Below are positions 16,298 to 24,605 of a stretch of DNA of 24,846 nt, in pieces. The notes under the pieces are model-generated. The model was not told where the DNA came from. It ran no database searches and saw nothing but the letters and a program-made list of their open reading frames with translations. Both the position numbers and the translations under genes were made by a program. The DNA is from a virus (lineage: Duplodnaviria; Caudoviricetes). Location: the IMG/VR virus record IMGVR_UViG_3300034349_000020, positions 1-24,846 of that record; one strand, given 5' to 3'. Numbering within the stretch: the stretch's first letter is position 1; every line of letters starts with the position of its first letter.

Positions 16298-19200
16298 TGC
16301 CCGACGCCATCGACGCCGCAATCGAGGAGACCTTCGGCCCCTCGAAGGGGAAGCCCACCGAGTCCGCCGATCCGGCATTCGACTCCGCCATGGAAGAGGT
16401 GTTCGGCGGAGGGAAGGCCCCGACGGCAACAGCAACCGTCGCGCCCGTCGACGCCTCGCAACTCGGCATCAACGGGGATTCGGCCCCCGGAGTCCAGCTC
16501 GTCGCGCCTGTGGATGAGACGCAGATCGGACTCAACGGCGAGGCCCCGCCAACGATGCCGGCGCCTCCGGTCCAAGCGCCGTCTGCCGACTTCCCGATGG
16601 TGGTCCCGCGTCAGGCGACCCCGGCGGAACTCGAGGGCGAGGTCGACTACAAGAGCACCCTCGACTTCGCGGCATACCGCGCCGCCCACTCCGACGTCAC
16701 CGCCGAGAAGCTGCAGCAGATCATGCAGATGAAGGCGGCCAGGCCAGACCTGTCGCCGCAGTTCATCGCCGACAACATGGCGCTGGTGCGCCAGAACGTG
16801 GACCAGGCGTCAATCAAGGAGGCGCTCTCCCGCTCTCCGAGGCTCGTCCAGCACCTTCGGGACGCCACCACTCCGGTCGTGAAGGACGAGATCGCCGACG
16901 CCAGCAAGCTGGAGTGGTGGGTCACGGGCAAGTGGGAGATGGCCCCCGGCCTCCTCGGAATCCCCCAGCTCCAACTCAAGACCGCCCCGGCAGGTCCCCG
17001 GGCCGCCTGGAACTCCGTGCTGGAGCAGGAGTACATGGCTCGGACTGGCGCGCAGGCGAGCGGCTTCAGCTCGCCAGAGAACGACGCCAGGATCGCGGAA
17101 CTGGAGGCGCGGGGGACGCGCGACTTCGGGGACAAGACCTGGCTGCAGGGCTCCATGGTGAAGGCCAGCGGTATGGCTCCGTACCTGGCCGAGTCGATGG
17201 TGGCGCGTGGAGCGGGGGCCGTCATCGGAGCGTCGGCTACTGGCCCCGGGGGAGTCGCAGCGGGCCAGTACGCCGGCGGGTTCGCTGTCGACTACTTCCA
17301 GAACCTGGGCCCGCAGTTCCGGATGCTCAAGAAGCTGGTGGCGGAGGACGGCAAGCCGCTCCTGTCCGATGACGAGGCCCGGGTCATGGCGACCGGAGCT
17401 TCGGTGGTGAACGCCGGCCTGGGGGCGGTGCTCGGGAAGGTGCTCACCGGGGCCGCGTCCCGCGTGCTGGGCATCAACGTGATGACCGAGGCCCTGGCCC
17501 AGAAGACCGTGCAGTCGGCCTTCAAGAACGCCATCCGCGAGGGAGGCACAACGCAGGCCGTTGGGACCCTGCTCATGGCCTCGCAGGTCGCGGTGAACCA
17601 GGGCACCGCATACCTGGCGCGCTCCAGCCGCGGTCAGGACGTCGACGCCTACGAGGAGATCGTCAAGCCTACCGTTGAGTCTGTGAAGGAGTCCGTCCAG
17701 GCGCTCGGTCCGCTCTCGGCCATGGCGGCGGGGCGAGCTCTCCATGCAGGAATCGGCGCAGCGCACATGAGTTCGGTTGACGTCGCGAGCTTTGACCGAG
17801 CGGTCGCCCAGGCCGAGAAGTCCAAGATGCGCACCTCGGCCCCCGACCAGTTCGAGGAGATGGTCGGGACCATGTCCCAGGGGGCGAAGGTCTTCGTCAA
17901 CGCCGAGGTCTTCGTGGAGCGGGCGACCAAGGCCGGGCTCGACCCCGCCGAACTCGCCACCCGCATCATGGGGGACGGAGCGTCGTTCGCTGAGGCCCTT
18001 CGGACCAAGGGTGACCTCGCCATCCCGAAGGAGCAGTACCTCGCCCGAGTGGTTGGCACCGACGTCCACACCGCTCTCAAGGACGACGTGCGGATGCGGC
18101 AGGAAGGGCTGTCCAACCGGCAGCTCGGGGAACTCGACGCCAAGGCCAAGGAGTACGCCGCCCTCCCGCCGGACAAGATGGAGGCCCAGCAGCGCGCGGT
18201 GTACGACCACTTCTACAGCCAGGCCGCCGAGGGCGGGAAGCGCAGCCACAACGAGTCGGACGCCAGCGCCAAGCTCACCGCTGCCACCTTCCGCGGCTGG
18301 GCGGACAAGTACAACGAGAACGCCGCCAAGCTCGGGGAGCCGCTCACCGACGCCTGGCAGATGTACGAGCGCCTGGGCAAGCCGCGCATCGGGACCAGTC
18401 TCGAGGAGATGGCGAAGGGCGAGGCCCGGATGGCGCAGGCGGATCTCACCCGCCCCGAGGCCGTGAGGAACATCGAGCTCCACGTCGCGAAGGAGAAGGA
18501 CCTGGCGGCCAGGCACGAGGCGGCCAAGAGGGAGTACTTCCTCGACCGCAACACCCAGACCTACGCCGCGCACGTTGGCGAGCACCTCGCCAGAGACCCG
18601 AAGCGCCCGATCCTCTACCTGGCCCACATCATCAACACCAAGGACCTGAACGACACCCACGGACACGAGACCGCGGACGCCGGCATTCGGGCCCTCGCTC
18701 AGTCCGCGCGCGAGGCCGGCATCCCCGACCCCGTTAAGAACGGCGGCGACATCGCCTTCTACGGGGACGAGACCCACGGGGATGCGGTGCAGGCAATCGC
18801 CCAGCGCAAGGTGGGCGACCAGTACAAGGTTCGGATCGAGCAGGCCCCTGTGGACGTGGCGAAGAAGTGGGCCACGCCGGAGGGGACCGGGAACCTCGAC
18901 GCGGCCTACAAGGAGTCGCGCGCCCAGTCCGAGAAGAACAGGGCCGATGGAGGCGAGGACACCCACCGGAAGTCGTGGCCCAAGTCTGCGGACAAGGACG
19001 CCCCGAAGGTGGACTGGGACAACCGGTCGGCGGAGGCCAAGAACGCCCACCTCACGCCCGAGGAGAAGGTGGCGAAGTTCGGGCTCAACGAGAAAGACCC
19101 CGCCGTGCTCGCCTACCGCGAGAAGGCCAAGGCGCTCACCGCGCCCACTGCCGAGCTGCTGGCGAAGGTCCCGCGCGAGACCATCGTCAAGGACCTGTCG

Positions 19201-22200
19201 CCGGAGATTCACGCCATCGGGGACAAGATGGGCACCAGGGCCCTGGCCGAGGCCACCTACTTCGACGACTCTGGCATCCTCAGCCACAAGGGGTTCGACG
19301 TGCAGCCGGAGCGGGCGGTCAAGGCGTCCATCGACCTCCGCCTGGTGAAGCTCGTGGACGACGCCAAGGAGGGGTTCGGGAAGATCCGGTGCGACCGGTT
19401 CGTCGGCCTGTTCGGTAGGGTCGTCGCCGAGCACGATGGGCTCAAGGCCTACTTCGCCCACGCCAACATGGGCGGCGACGAGTTCATGGCCGCGTTCCAC
19501 AACGAGCTGGCTGCCACGACCTACTTGGGAGACTTGCGCGAGGTGCTGAACGAGAGCACCGTATACGCAGCGGATAGAGATGTGGTCGGGCCGAATGGCG
19601 AGAAGCAACTTCGGCTCAGAGTGAAGAAGGGCATCGAGTTCGCATACGGTCTCGGCGACACCTTCGAGAAGGCCGACAAGGACGCACTCCCGAAGAACAA
19701 GGCGAACGACCCAGCCCCAAGGCCGATTGAAACCCTCTGGGGGAAAGAGGCGGAAGATGCCCTCCGAAAACTCGAAGCCGACGACCTCGCTACCGACCTC
19801 AACGAGCCGCAACCCTCACGGGACCTCGTACGAACGTCTCTCTCGGCGCTTGAAGGAGCGCCTGGAGAAGTCGGGGCTAACCGGAGCGGTCCTGGAGTCG
19901 AAGCCAGGGGAGCCGGTCTACGAGGAGTGGAAGGCCAAGTACCACCCGGAAGCGAAGTAGCCTCCCTCCCCGAAGGCGGCCAGGTCACCCTCAAACAGAA
20001 GGACAAGGGCCCGGGCGACCGCGGCTCCTTCACCTTCAGGTTCGGACCCGAGGGCAAGTCCCGCGACTTCCAGCTCGCCATTCTCAACGGCGACAAGAGC
20101 ACCCTCGCTCACGAGACCTTCCACTGGCTCTCGATGGTGATAGGGGACCTTGCGCAGGACGCCAACGCGCCGGAGTCCATCAAGGCGGACTACGCCAAGC
20201 TCATCGGCTGGATGGGCCACGCGGACCACGCGGACCGCACGGCATCCTTCAAGGAGCGCATCGCCCTGGAGGCGAAGGAGGCGCGCACCCCGGCCGAGGA
20301 GGCCCGCGTCCGAGAGCTGGCGGCCAAGGAGGAGCGCGCGAGCTACGGCTGGGAGCAGTACCTGTCGGAAGGCAAGGCGCCCTCCGCCGAGCTGGCCGGG
20401 GTGTTCCGCCGGTTCGCCAACTGGATGGTCCGGATCTACAAGGGCATCAAGGGAGAGGGCGTGGACGCCGAGTACCGCGCTCGCTACGGCCACGGCATCG
20501 AGCTGTCGGACGAGGTGCGCGGCATCTTCGACCGGCTCCTCGCCAGCGACGAGGAGATCAAGAAGGCCCAGGTCGCCACCGAGGCCTTGCCGTTCCCGGC
20601 CATGGGCAAGCTCACGCCGGAGGAGCAGACCGAGTATGACGCCAGCCTGGCCGATGCCACGGAGAAGGGGCGCCGGGACCTCCTGCGCCGCCTGGCCTCT
20701 CAGGATAAGGGCTACGTGGCGGAGGAGCGCGACCGCGTGCGCGGGGAGGTGGAGTCCGAGCTGGCTTCCGACCCCACCTACTCGGCGCTCGACCACCTGC
20801 AGAACAGCTCCATCCCCGGGCTCGAGGGCCAGCGACTGGACCGCGCCGCCCTGGTTAAGGAGTACGGGGCGGACTTCGTGCGGACGCTTCCCCGGGGCAT
20901 CTTCGAGACGGAGAAGGGCAAGCCCGGAATGGGCGCAGACGAGACCGCGGCCCACCTCGGGTTCGAGTCCGGCGACGCGATGGTGCGGGCGATGTCAGCG
21001 GCGGAGCCCCGGAAGGAGCTGGTGGAGAAGGAGACCCAGGCGCGCCTCGAGAAGCTGTATGGCCCGACCCTGCTGAACGACCCGCAGAAGCTCGCCGCCC
21101 TGGCAATGGACTCCGTGCACACCGACGACGGCGCTCGGCACATCGTCCTGGAGGTGCAGGCGATGGCTCGCCAGCTCGACCCCAAGAAGGGACGGATGGA
21201 GCCGCTGGAGCCCCGCCTGGTGAAGGAACTCGCGCGGCGCATCGTGGAGGGCAAGAAGATCGGGGAGCTACTGCCCAACTCCTACCTGGTGGCCGAGAGC
21301 GCGACGGCCCGGAAGGCCATTGAGCTGGCGGGGGCCGGGAAGTTCGAGGAGGCCCGCGACCAGAAGGAGGCGCAGCTCCTCAACCGCTACCTCTACCGCG
21401 CCGCGCGGGACATCCGGGACGAGATGGAATCCGCCAAGGAGTTCCTCTCGAAGCGGACGACGGACAGCTACCGCGGGGACCTCGGGAAGGCCTCTCCTGA
21501 CCTCCTGGCGGCGCATGACGCGATCCTCGGGGCCATTGGTCTGACCGACCGGACCCAGAACGTGAACCAGACGCTGCAGGCGCTGAACGCGCTCGAGCGG
21601 TTCGTGGAGAACGACGCCGGGGAGCTGGCCTTCGACGTCGACGCGGTGCGTGACCTGCTGGCCGAGCCCAGCGCGTGGCGGGACCTCAACCCGGACGAGG
21701 CGCGCAACCTGCTCAACGCGGTGAAGAACATCAGGCAGACCGCCAAGGACGTGAACGAGATCGAGGTCGAGGGCCAGCGCATGGAGCTGGCCGAGGTCAT
21801 CGCCCAGATCTCGAAGGACGCCGAGCGGCTCCCTGACCACGGACTGCCTGCGGCCGACCGGGTCCTGGAGAGCGCGGGACACAGGGCGGGAGCTGCTGTC
21901 CAGAGCCTGGATGCCGCGCTCCTCGACCCCGAGCGGCTCCTCGGGATGCTGGGGCCGACCGCCAAGCGCGTGATCGTCGACGGGTACATCAAGGCCCGGA
22001 ACTACAAGGACGAGCTGAACGGGAAGACGCTGAAGTTCTACGAGAAGTGGGAGCAGCTCCCGAAGGAGATGCGGGCGCGCCGGTACGACATCATCGCGGG
22101 CCTCGAGAAGGGGCTTCCAATCGAGACGATGTCCGGCCCGCGCTCGCGCCAGTGGCTGTGGATGGTGGCGCTCAACATGGGCAACCAGTCCAACCGGGAC

Positions 22201-23976
22201 CGTCTCCTCGGGGGCTACAACTGGAACGAGGGGGAGGTGCTGAAGGTGATGGGCAAGCACCTGACCAAGGAGGAGTGCGACTTCCTCCAGAGTGTCTGGA
22301 CCCACAACGACAAGGACCTGTGGCCCCTCGTGGCCGCGAAGGAAGCCCGAAAGACCGGCCTCCCTCCGGAGAAGATCAAGGCCACCCCCTTTGAGCTCCA
22401 GCTCGCCGACGGCACCACGGCCAAGCTCGAGGGCGGGTACTTCCCCGCCAAGTACGACCCTCGCCCGGGCGTGAGCAAGAACGACCTCGGGGGGCGGCAG
22501 GCGGAGGCGAACATCGCCAGCCTCTACGGGTCCAGCTACGTCCGGCAGGGGACCCAGAAGAGCCACACGAAGAAGCGCGCCGACGTCTACTCGGACGCGG
22601 TCAACCTCGAGTGGGGTACCGTCCCCTCCCACCTGGCGCAGGTGCTCCACGACCTCGCCTTCGACGAGTACGTCCGGCAGACCGGCCGGCTCTTCTTCAA
22701 TCCGGACATGCAGCGGCTCATGGCCCGGCGCCTCGGGGAGGAGCGGGCAATCCAGCCCAAGGAGTGGCTCAAGTACGTCGCGAACAGCTCGGCCGACTCA
22801 GTCCCGGCATCCGTCGCGGGCGTCATGAACATCTTGGGCGGGCTCCGGAACCGGGCGGTGGTTGGGGCGATTGGGCACTCGATGAGCGTCGCCGCGGGTG
22901 ACATCACCAACGCCGCTGTGGCGATGTTCGGAGGGCTCACGAAGGCCAAGTACGCGGTCCCGTCCTTCATCGAGACTCTGGTCCCGTTTCACTACGGGGC
23001 CGTGAGGGAGCAGGCGATGGCCCTCTCCTACGAACTACCTCACCGCCAGGATTCCTCCTCGATGAAGCTGCAGGAGGCGCTCCGCGACATCGGGAAGGCG
23101 GGACGGCAGAGCGTGGCCGGAGGGGCTCTGGAGGCGGCGCGGGCCACGAGTTGGATCTTCATGGATCACATGGACCGGCTGTGCTCGACCCAGATCTGGC
23201 TCGCTCGCTACCGGCAGGGCCTCGCCGATGGGCTCACCGCCGGCAAGGATGGGGAGGCGTCGCGGACGGCCGACGCCGCGGTGCGAGCTGCTCTTCCGGG
23301 GCACGACATCGCCGAGCAGTCGGCCCTGATGAGGGACAAGCGCGGCGTCGGCGCCCTGCTCCTCTTCCACGGCTACTTCAACAAGCTCTACAACATCGAG
23401 CGCGGGCTCGGACATGAGGCGGCGACCGCCGTTCGGAACAGGGACCCGGGCGCGGCCCTGAAGGTGGCGGAGAACGTGGGGCGCGCCCTGGCGGTCCTCG
23501 CCGTCGCGAACGTCGCGGGGGACTACATCAGCGGCCGAGGCAAGGAGGACGACGAGACCTATGGCGAGTGGGTCGGCCGCAAGATGCTGGCGGCGCCGGC
23601 CGGGTTGCTCCCGTTCGGCGCGGCCATCGGCGAGCCCTTGGCCGACAAGCTGGTGACCGGGAAGGTCCGGAAGCTCAGTGTACGGGCAGCTCCTGCGCTC
23701 GGAGTCATCCAGCAGGTGATGGAGACCATCGGCCGTGCCGCCGACGAGGGGCGACCTGGAGACAAGCGGGTCTGGGACGCCATCCAGCTGGCGCTCCTCG
23801 CCCTCAAGCTCCCCGCGAACCAACCTCGCAAGACCGGCGAGTACCTGACCGACCTGGCGCTCGGGGACAAGAGCCCGAAGGACCCGGTGGACCTGCTGGG
23901 CAGTGTGGTCTACGGGAGCCGAGACAGGCAGCCAGCGAACCCCGCGCGGGACTTGAGCGAGGCCCTGCAGCGCTGA
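16297..23976 (+). CDS. Giant internal virion/DNA-ejection polyvalent protein (2559 aa) with tandem GGDEF-like domains and an HExxH zincin-like domain
   Basis: gp16 position with TAATG coupling. KDLNDTHGHETAD...GGDI (aa ~782-819), IDLRLVK...MGGDEF (aa ~1012-1063), STLAHETFHW...EERASYGWEQYL...FRRFANWMVRIY (aa ~1268-1381), ALNMGNQSN, LEGGYFPAKYD. Confidence 0.9.
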   Translation: MPDAIDAAIEETFGPSKGKPTESADPAFDSAMEEVFGGGKAPTATATVAPVDASQLGINGDSAPGVQLVAPVDETQIGLNGEAPPTMPAPPVQAPSADFPMVVPRQATPAELEGEVDYKSTLDFAAYRAAHSDVTAEKLQQIMQMKAARPDLSPQFIADNMALVRQNVDQASIKEALSRSPRLVQHLRDATTPVVKDEIADASKLEWWVTGKWEMAPGLLGIPQLQLKTAPAGPRAAWNSVLEQEYMARTGAQASGFSSPENDARIAELEARGTRDFGDKTWLQGSMVKASGMAPYLAESMVARGAGAVIGASATGPGGVAAGQYAGGFAVDYFQNLGPQFRMLKKLVAEDGKPLLSDDEARVMATGASVVNAGLGAVLGKVLTGAASRVLGINVMTEALAQKTVQSAFKNAIREGGTTQAVGTLLMASQVAVNQGTAYLARSSRGQDVDAYEEIVKPTVESVKESVQALGPLSAMAAGRALHAGIGAAHMSSVDVASFDRAVAQAEKSKMRTSAPDQFEEMVGTMSQGAKVFVNAEVFVERATKAGLDPAELATRIMGDGASFAEALRTKGDLAIPKEQYLARVVGTDVHTALKDDVRMRQEGLSNRQLGELDAKAKEYAALPPDKMEAQQRAVYDHFYSQAAEGGKRSHNESDASAKLTAATFRGWADKYNENAAKLGEPLTDAWQMYERLGKPRIGTSLEEMAKGEARMAQADLTRPEAVRNIELHVAKEKDLAARHEAAKREYFLDRNTQTYAAHVGEHLARDPKRPILYLAHIINTKDLNDTHGHETADAGIRALAQSAREAGIPDPVKNGGDIAFYGDETHGDAVQAIAQRKVGDQYKVRIEQAPVDVAKKWATPEGTGNLDAAYKESRAQSEKNRADGGEDTHRKSWPKSADKDAPKVDWDNRSAEAKNAHLTPEEKVAKFGLNEKDPAVLAYREKAKALTAPTAELLAKVPRETIVKDLSPEIHAIGDKMGTRALAEATYFDDSGILSHKGFDVQPERAVKASIDLRLVKLVDDAKEGFGKIRCDRFVGLFGRVVAEHDGLKAYFAHANMGGDEFMAAFHNELAATTYLGDLREVLNESTVYAADRDVVGPNGEKQLRLRVKKGIEFAYGLGDTFEKADKDALPKNKANDPAPRPIETLWGKEAEDALRKLEADDLATDLNEPQPSRDLVRTSLSALEGAPGEVGANRSGPGVEARGAGLRGVEGQVPPGSEVASLPEGGQVTLKQKDKGPGDRGSFTFRFGPEGKSRDFQLAILNGDKSTLAHETFHWLSMVIGDLAQDANAPESIKADYAKLIGWMGHADHADRTASFKERIALEAKEARTPAEEARVRELAAKEERASYGWEQYLSEGKAPSAELAGVFRRFANWMVRIYKGIKGEGVDAEYRARYGHGIELSDEVRGIFDRLLASDEEIKKAQVATEALPFPAMGKLTPEEQTEYDASLADATEKGRRDLLRRLASQDKGYVAEERDRVRGEVESELASDPTYSALDHLQNSSIPGLEGQRLDRAALVKEYGADFVRTLPRGIFETEKGKPGMGADETAAHLGFESGDAMVRAMSAAEPRKELVEKETQARLEKLYGPTLLNDPQKLAALAMDSVHTDDGARHIVLEVQAMARQLDPKKGRMEPLEPRLVKELARRIVEGKKIGELLPNSYLVAESATARKAIELAGAGKFEEARDQKEAQLLNRYLYRAARDIRDEMESAKEFLSKRTTDSYRGDLGKASPDLLAAHDAILGAIGLTDRTQNVNQTLQALNALERFVENDAGELAFDVDAVRDLLAEPSAWRDLNPDEARNLLNAVKNIRQTAKDVNEIEVEGQRMELAEVIAQISKDAERLPDHGLPAADRVLESAGHRAGAAVQSLDAALLDPERLLGMLGPTAKRVIVDGYIKARNYKDELNGKTLKFYEKWEQLPKEMRARRYDIIAGLEKGLPIETMSGPRSRQWLWMVALNMGNQSNRDRLLGGYNWNEGEVLKVMGKHLTKEECDFLQSVWTHNDKDLWPLVAAKEARKTGLPPEKIKATPFELQLADGTTAKLEGGYFPAKYDPRPGVSKNDLGGRQAEANIASLYGSSYVRQGTQKSHTKKRADVYSDAVNLEWGTVPSHLAQVLHDLAFDEYVRQTGRLFFNPDMQRLMARRLGEERAIQPKEWLKYVANSSADSVPASVAGVMNILGGLRNRAVVGAIGHSMSVAAGDITNAAVAMFGGLTKAKYAVPSFIETLVPFHYGAVREQAMALSYELPHRQDSSSMKLQEALRDIGKAGRQSVAGGALEAARATSWIFMDHMDRLCSTQIWLARYRQGLADGLTAGKDGEASRTADAAVRAALPGHDIAEQSALMRDKRGVGALLLFHGYFNKLYNIERGLGHEAATAVRNRDPGAALKVAENVGRALAVLAVANVAGDYISGRGKEDDETYGEWVGRKMLAAPAGLLPFGAAIGEPLADKLVTGKVRKLSVRAAPALGVIQQVMETIGRAADEGRPGDKRVWDAIQLALLALKLPANQPRKTGEYLTDLALGDKSPKDPVDLLGSVVYGSRDRQPANPARDLSEALQR
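18535..18945 (+). other. Degenerate GGDEF-like domain 1 within the giant protein
   Basis: HIINTKDLNDTHGHETAD matches DIDxFKxxNDxxGHxxGD with exact spacing. GGDIA at 18742-18756. Confidence 0.7.
19258..19701 (+). other. GGDEF domain 2 within the giant protein
   Basis: DDSGILSHKGF, SIDLRLVKLVDD...FGKIRCD, literal GGDEF at 19471-19485, FAYGLG...ADKDAL..NK. Confidence 0.8.
19757..19960 (+). CDS. Nested +1-frame ORF (67 aa) overprinted in the giant gene
   Basis: AAGAGG 6 nt before ATG 19757. By hand count about 56/67 codons end in G/C in this frame, versus about half in the host frame over the same bases. Confidence 0.72.
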   Translation: MPSENSKPTTSLPTSTSRNPHGTSYERLSRRLKERLEKSGLTGAVLESKPGEPVYEEWKAKYHPEAK

Positions 23977-23982
23977 GCCCAG

Positions 23983-24026
23983 GTGGTAAAGGGTCAGACC
24001 CGATCCAGGCGTGATGCTGGCCTCGT
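23983..24026 (+). promoter_or_regulatory. Putative phage late promoter, copy 2 (GTGGTAAAGGGTCA-N15-TGATGCT-N3-CTCGT)
   Basis: Intergenic, starting a few bases after the giant gene stop. Same three blocks as 1456-1500. Confidence 0.7.
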
Positions 24027-24048
24027 CCACTCGAGAACGAGGCCACAC

Positions 24049-24597
24049 ATGCGCGCAGTAATCTCCGCCGTCCTGGTTGCTCTCGCCGTCACCATCGGCC
24101 TCGCCGCCCTCGCAGATCCCCCGCGCCAGGTGGTGATCGGTCCGCAGCCCCGGGACGGCTCAGAGGACCCTCCGGTCAAGGTCAAGCCCAGCGCCTACTC
24201 GCTCAGCCAGGGCTGCACGGTGGGCCCCCTGGACGCGGGGCAGTCGAGGTCCTGCACGCGCGCCGTCCAAGCGTGCGCGGCCGCGGGGCAGGACGCGGGT
24301 CCGGCCTCGACGCTGACGATCCCGGACGTGACGCTCAGGTGGCGGTGTACGGCGCGGGGGAGCGACATGTGCCTGGCGAACGGCGAGGCGGTCACCTCGT
24401 GCACGAACACCGCTCCGCTGGCGCCCGCTCAGACCGTCTGGCTGCCCTCGGGCGCGGCGGAGGAACTACCGTTCTCGGCGACGAGCGCGTCCACCGGGGT
24501 CGACGCTGGGAACGGGAACCTGGCGGCGACCGTCTACGTGCTCGCGGCGTCGGGTGGGAGCGGGTGTCTGAAATGTGAAGGCCTCGACATCCCATGA
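24049..24597 (+). CDS. Secreted Cys-rich hypothetical protein (182 aa)
   Basis: GAGG RBS before ATG 24049. Signal peptide MRAVISAVLVALAVTIGLAALA-DPP; 8 Cys; three DAG tripeptides. Confidence 0.8.
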   Translation: MRAVISAVLVALAVTIGLAALADPPRQVVIGPQPRDGSEDPPVKVKPSAYSLSQGCTVGPLDAGQSRSCTRAVQACAAAGQDAGPASTLTIPDVTLRWRCTARGSDMCLANGEAVTSCTNTAPLAPAQTVWLPSGAAEELPFSATSASTGVDAGNGNLAATVYVLAASGGSGCLKCEGLDIP

Positions 24598-24605
24598 GGT
24601 CGCCC

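Noticed and set aside
18649-19395. Assignment as Hypr-type (cGAMP-making) GGDEF
   Set aside because: Hypr enzymes have Ser/Thr at the PleD D344 position, whereas both copies here keep Asp. The product cannot be called from sequence.
16810-19812. 1000-aa minus-strand ORF, and other long antisense ORFs such as 3798-6197, 6579-7745, 21268-22650
   Set aside because: Antisense shadows of strongly GC3-biased + strand genes, with no recognisable motifs.
23983-24048. GTG 23983 start for the Cys-rich gene
   Set aside because: This stretch is the promoter-like motif. ATG 24049 has an RBS and puts the signal peptide at the N-terminus.
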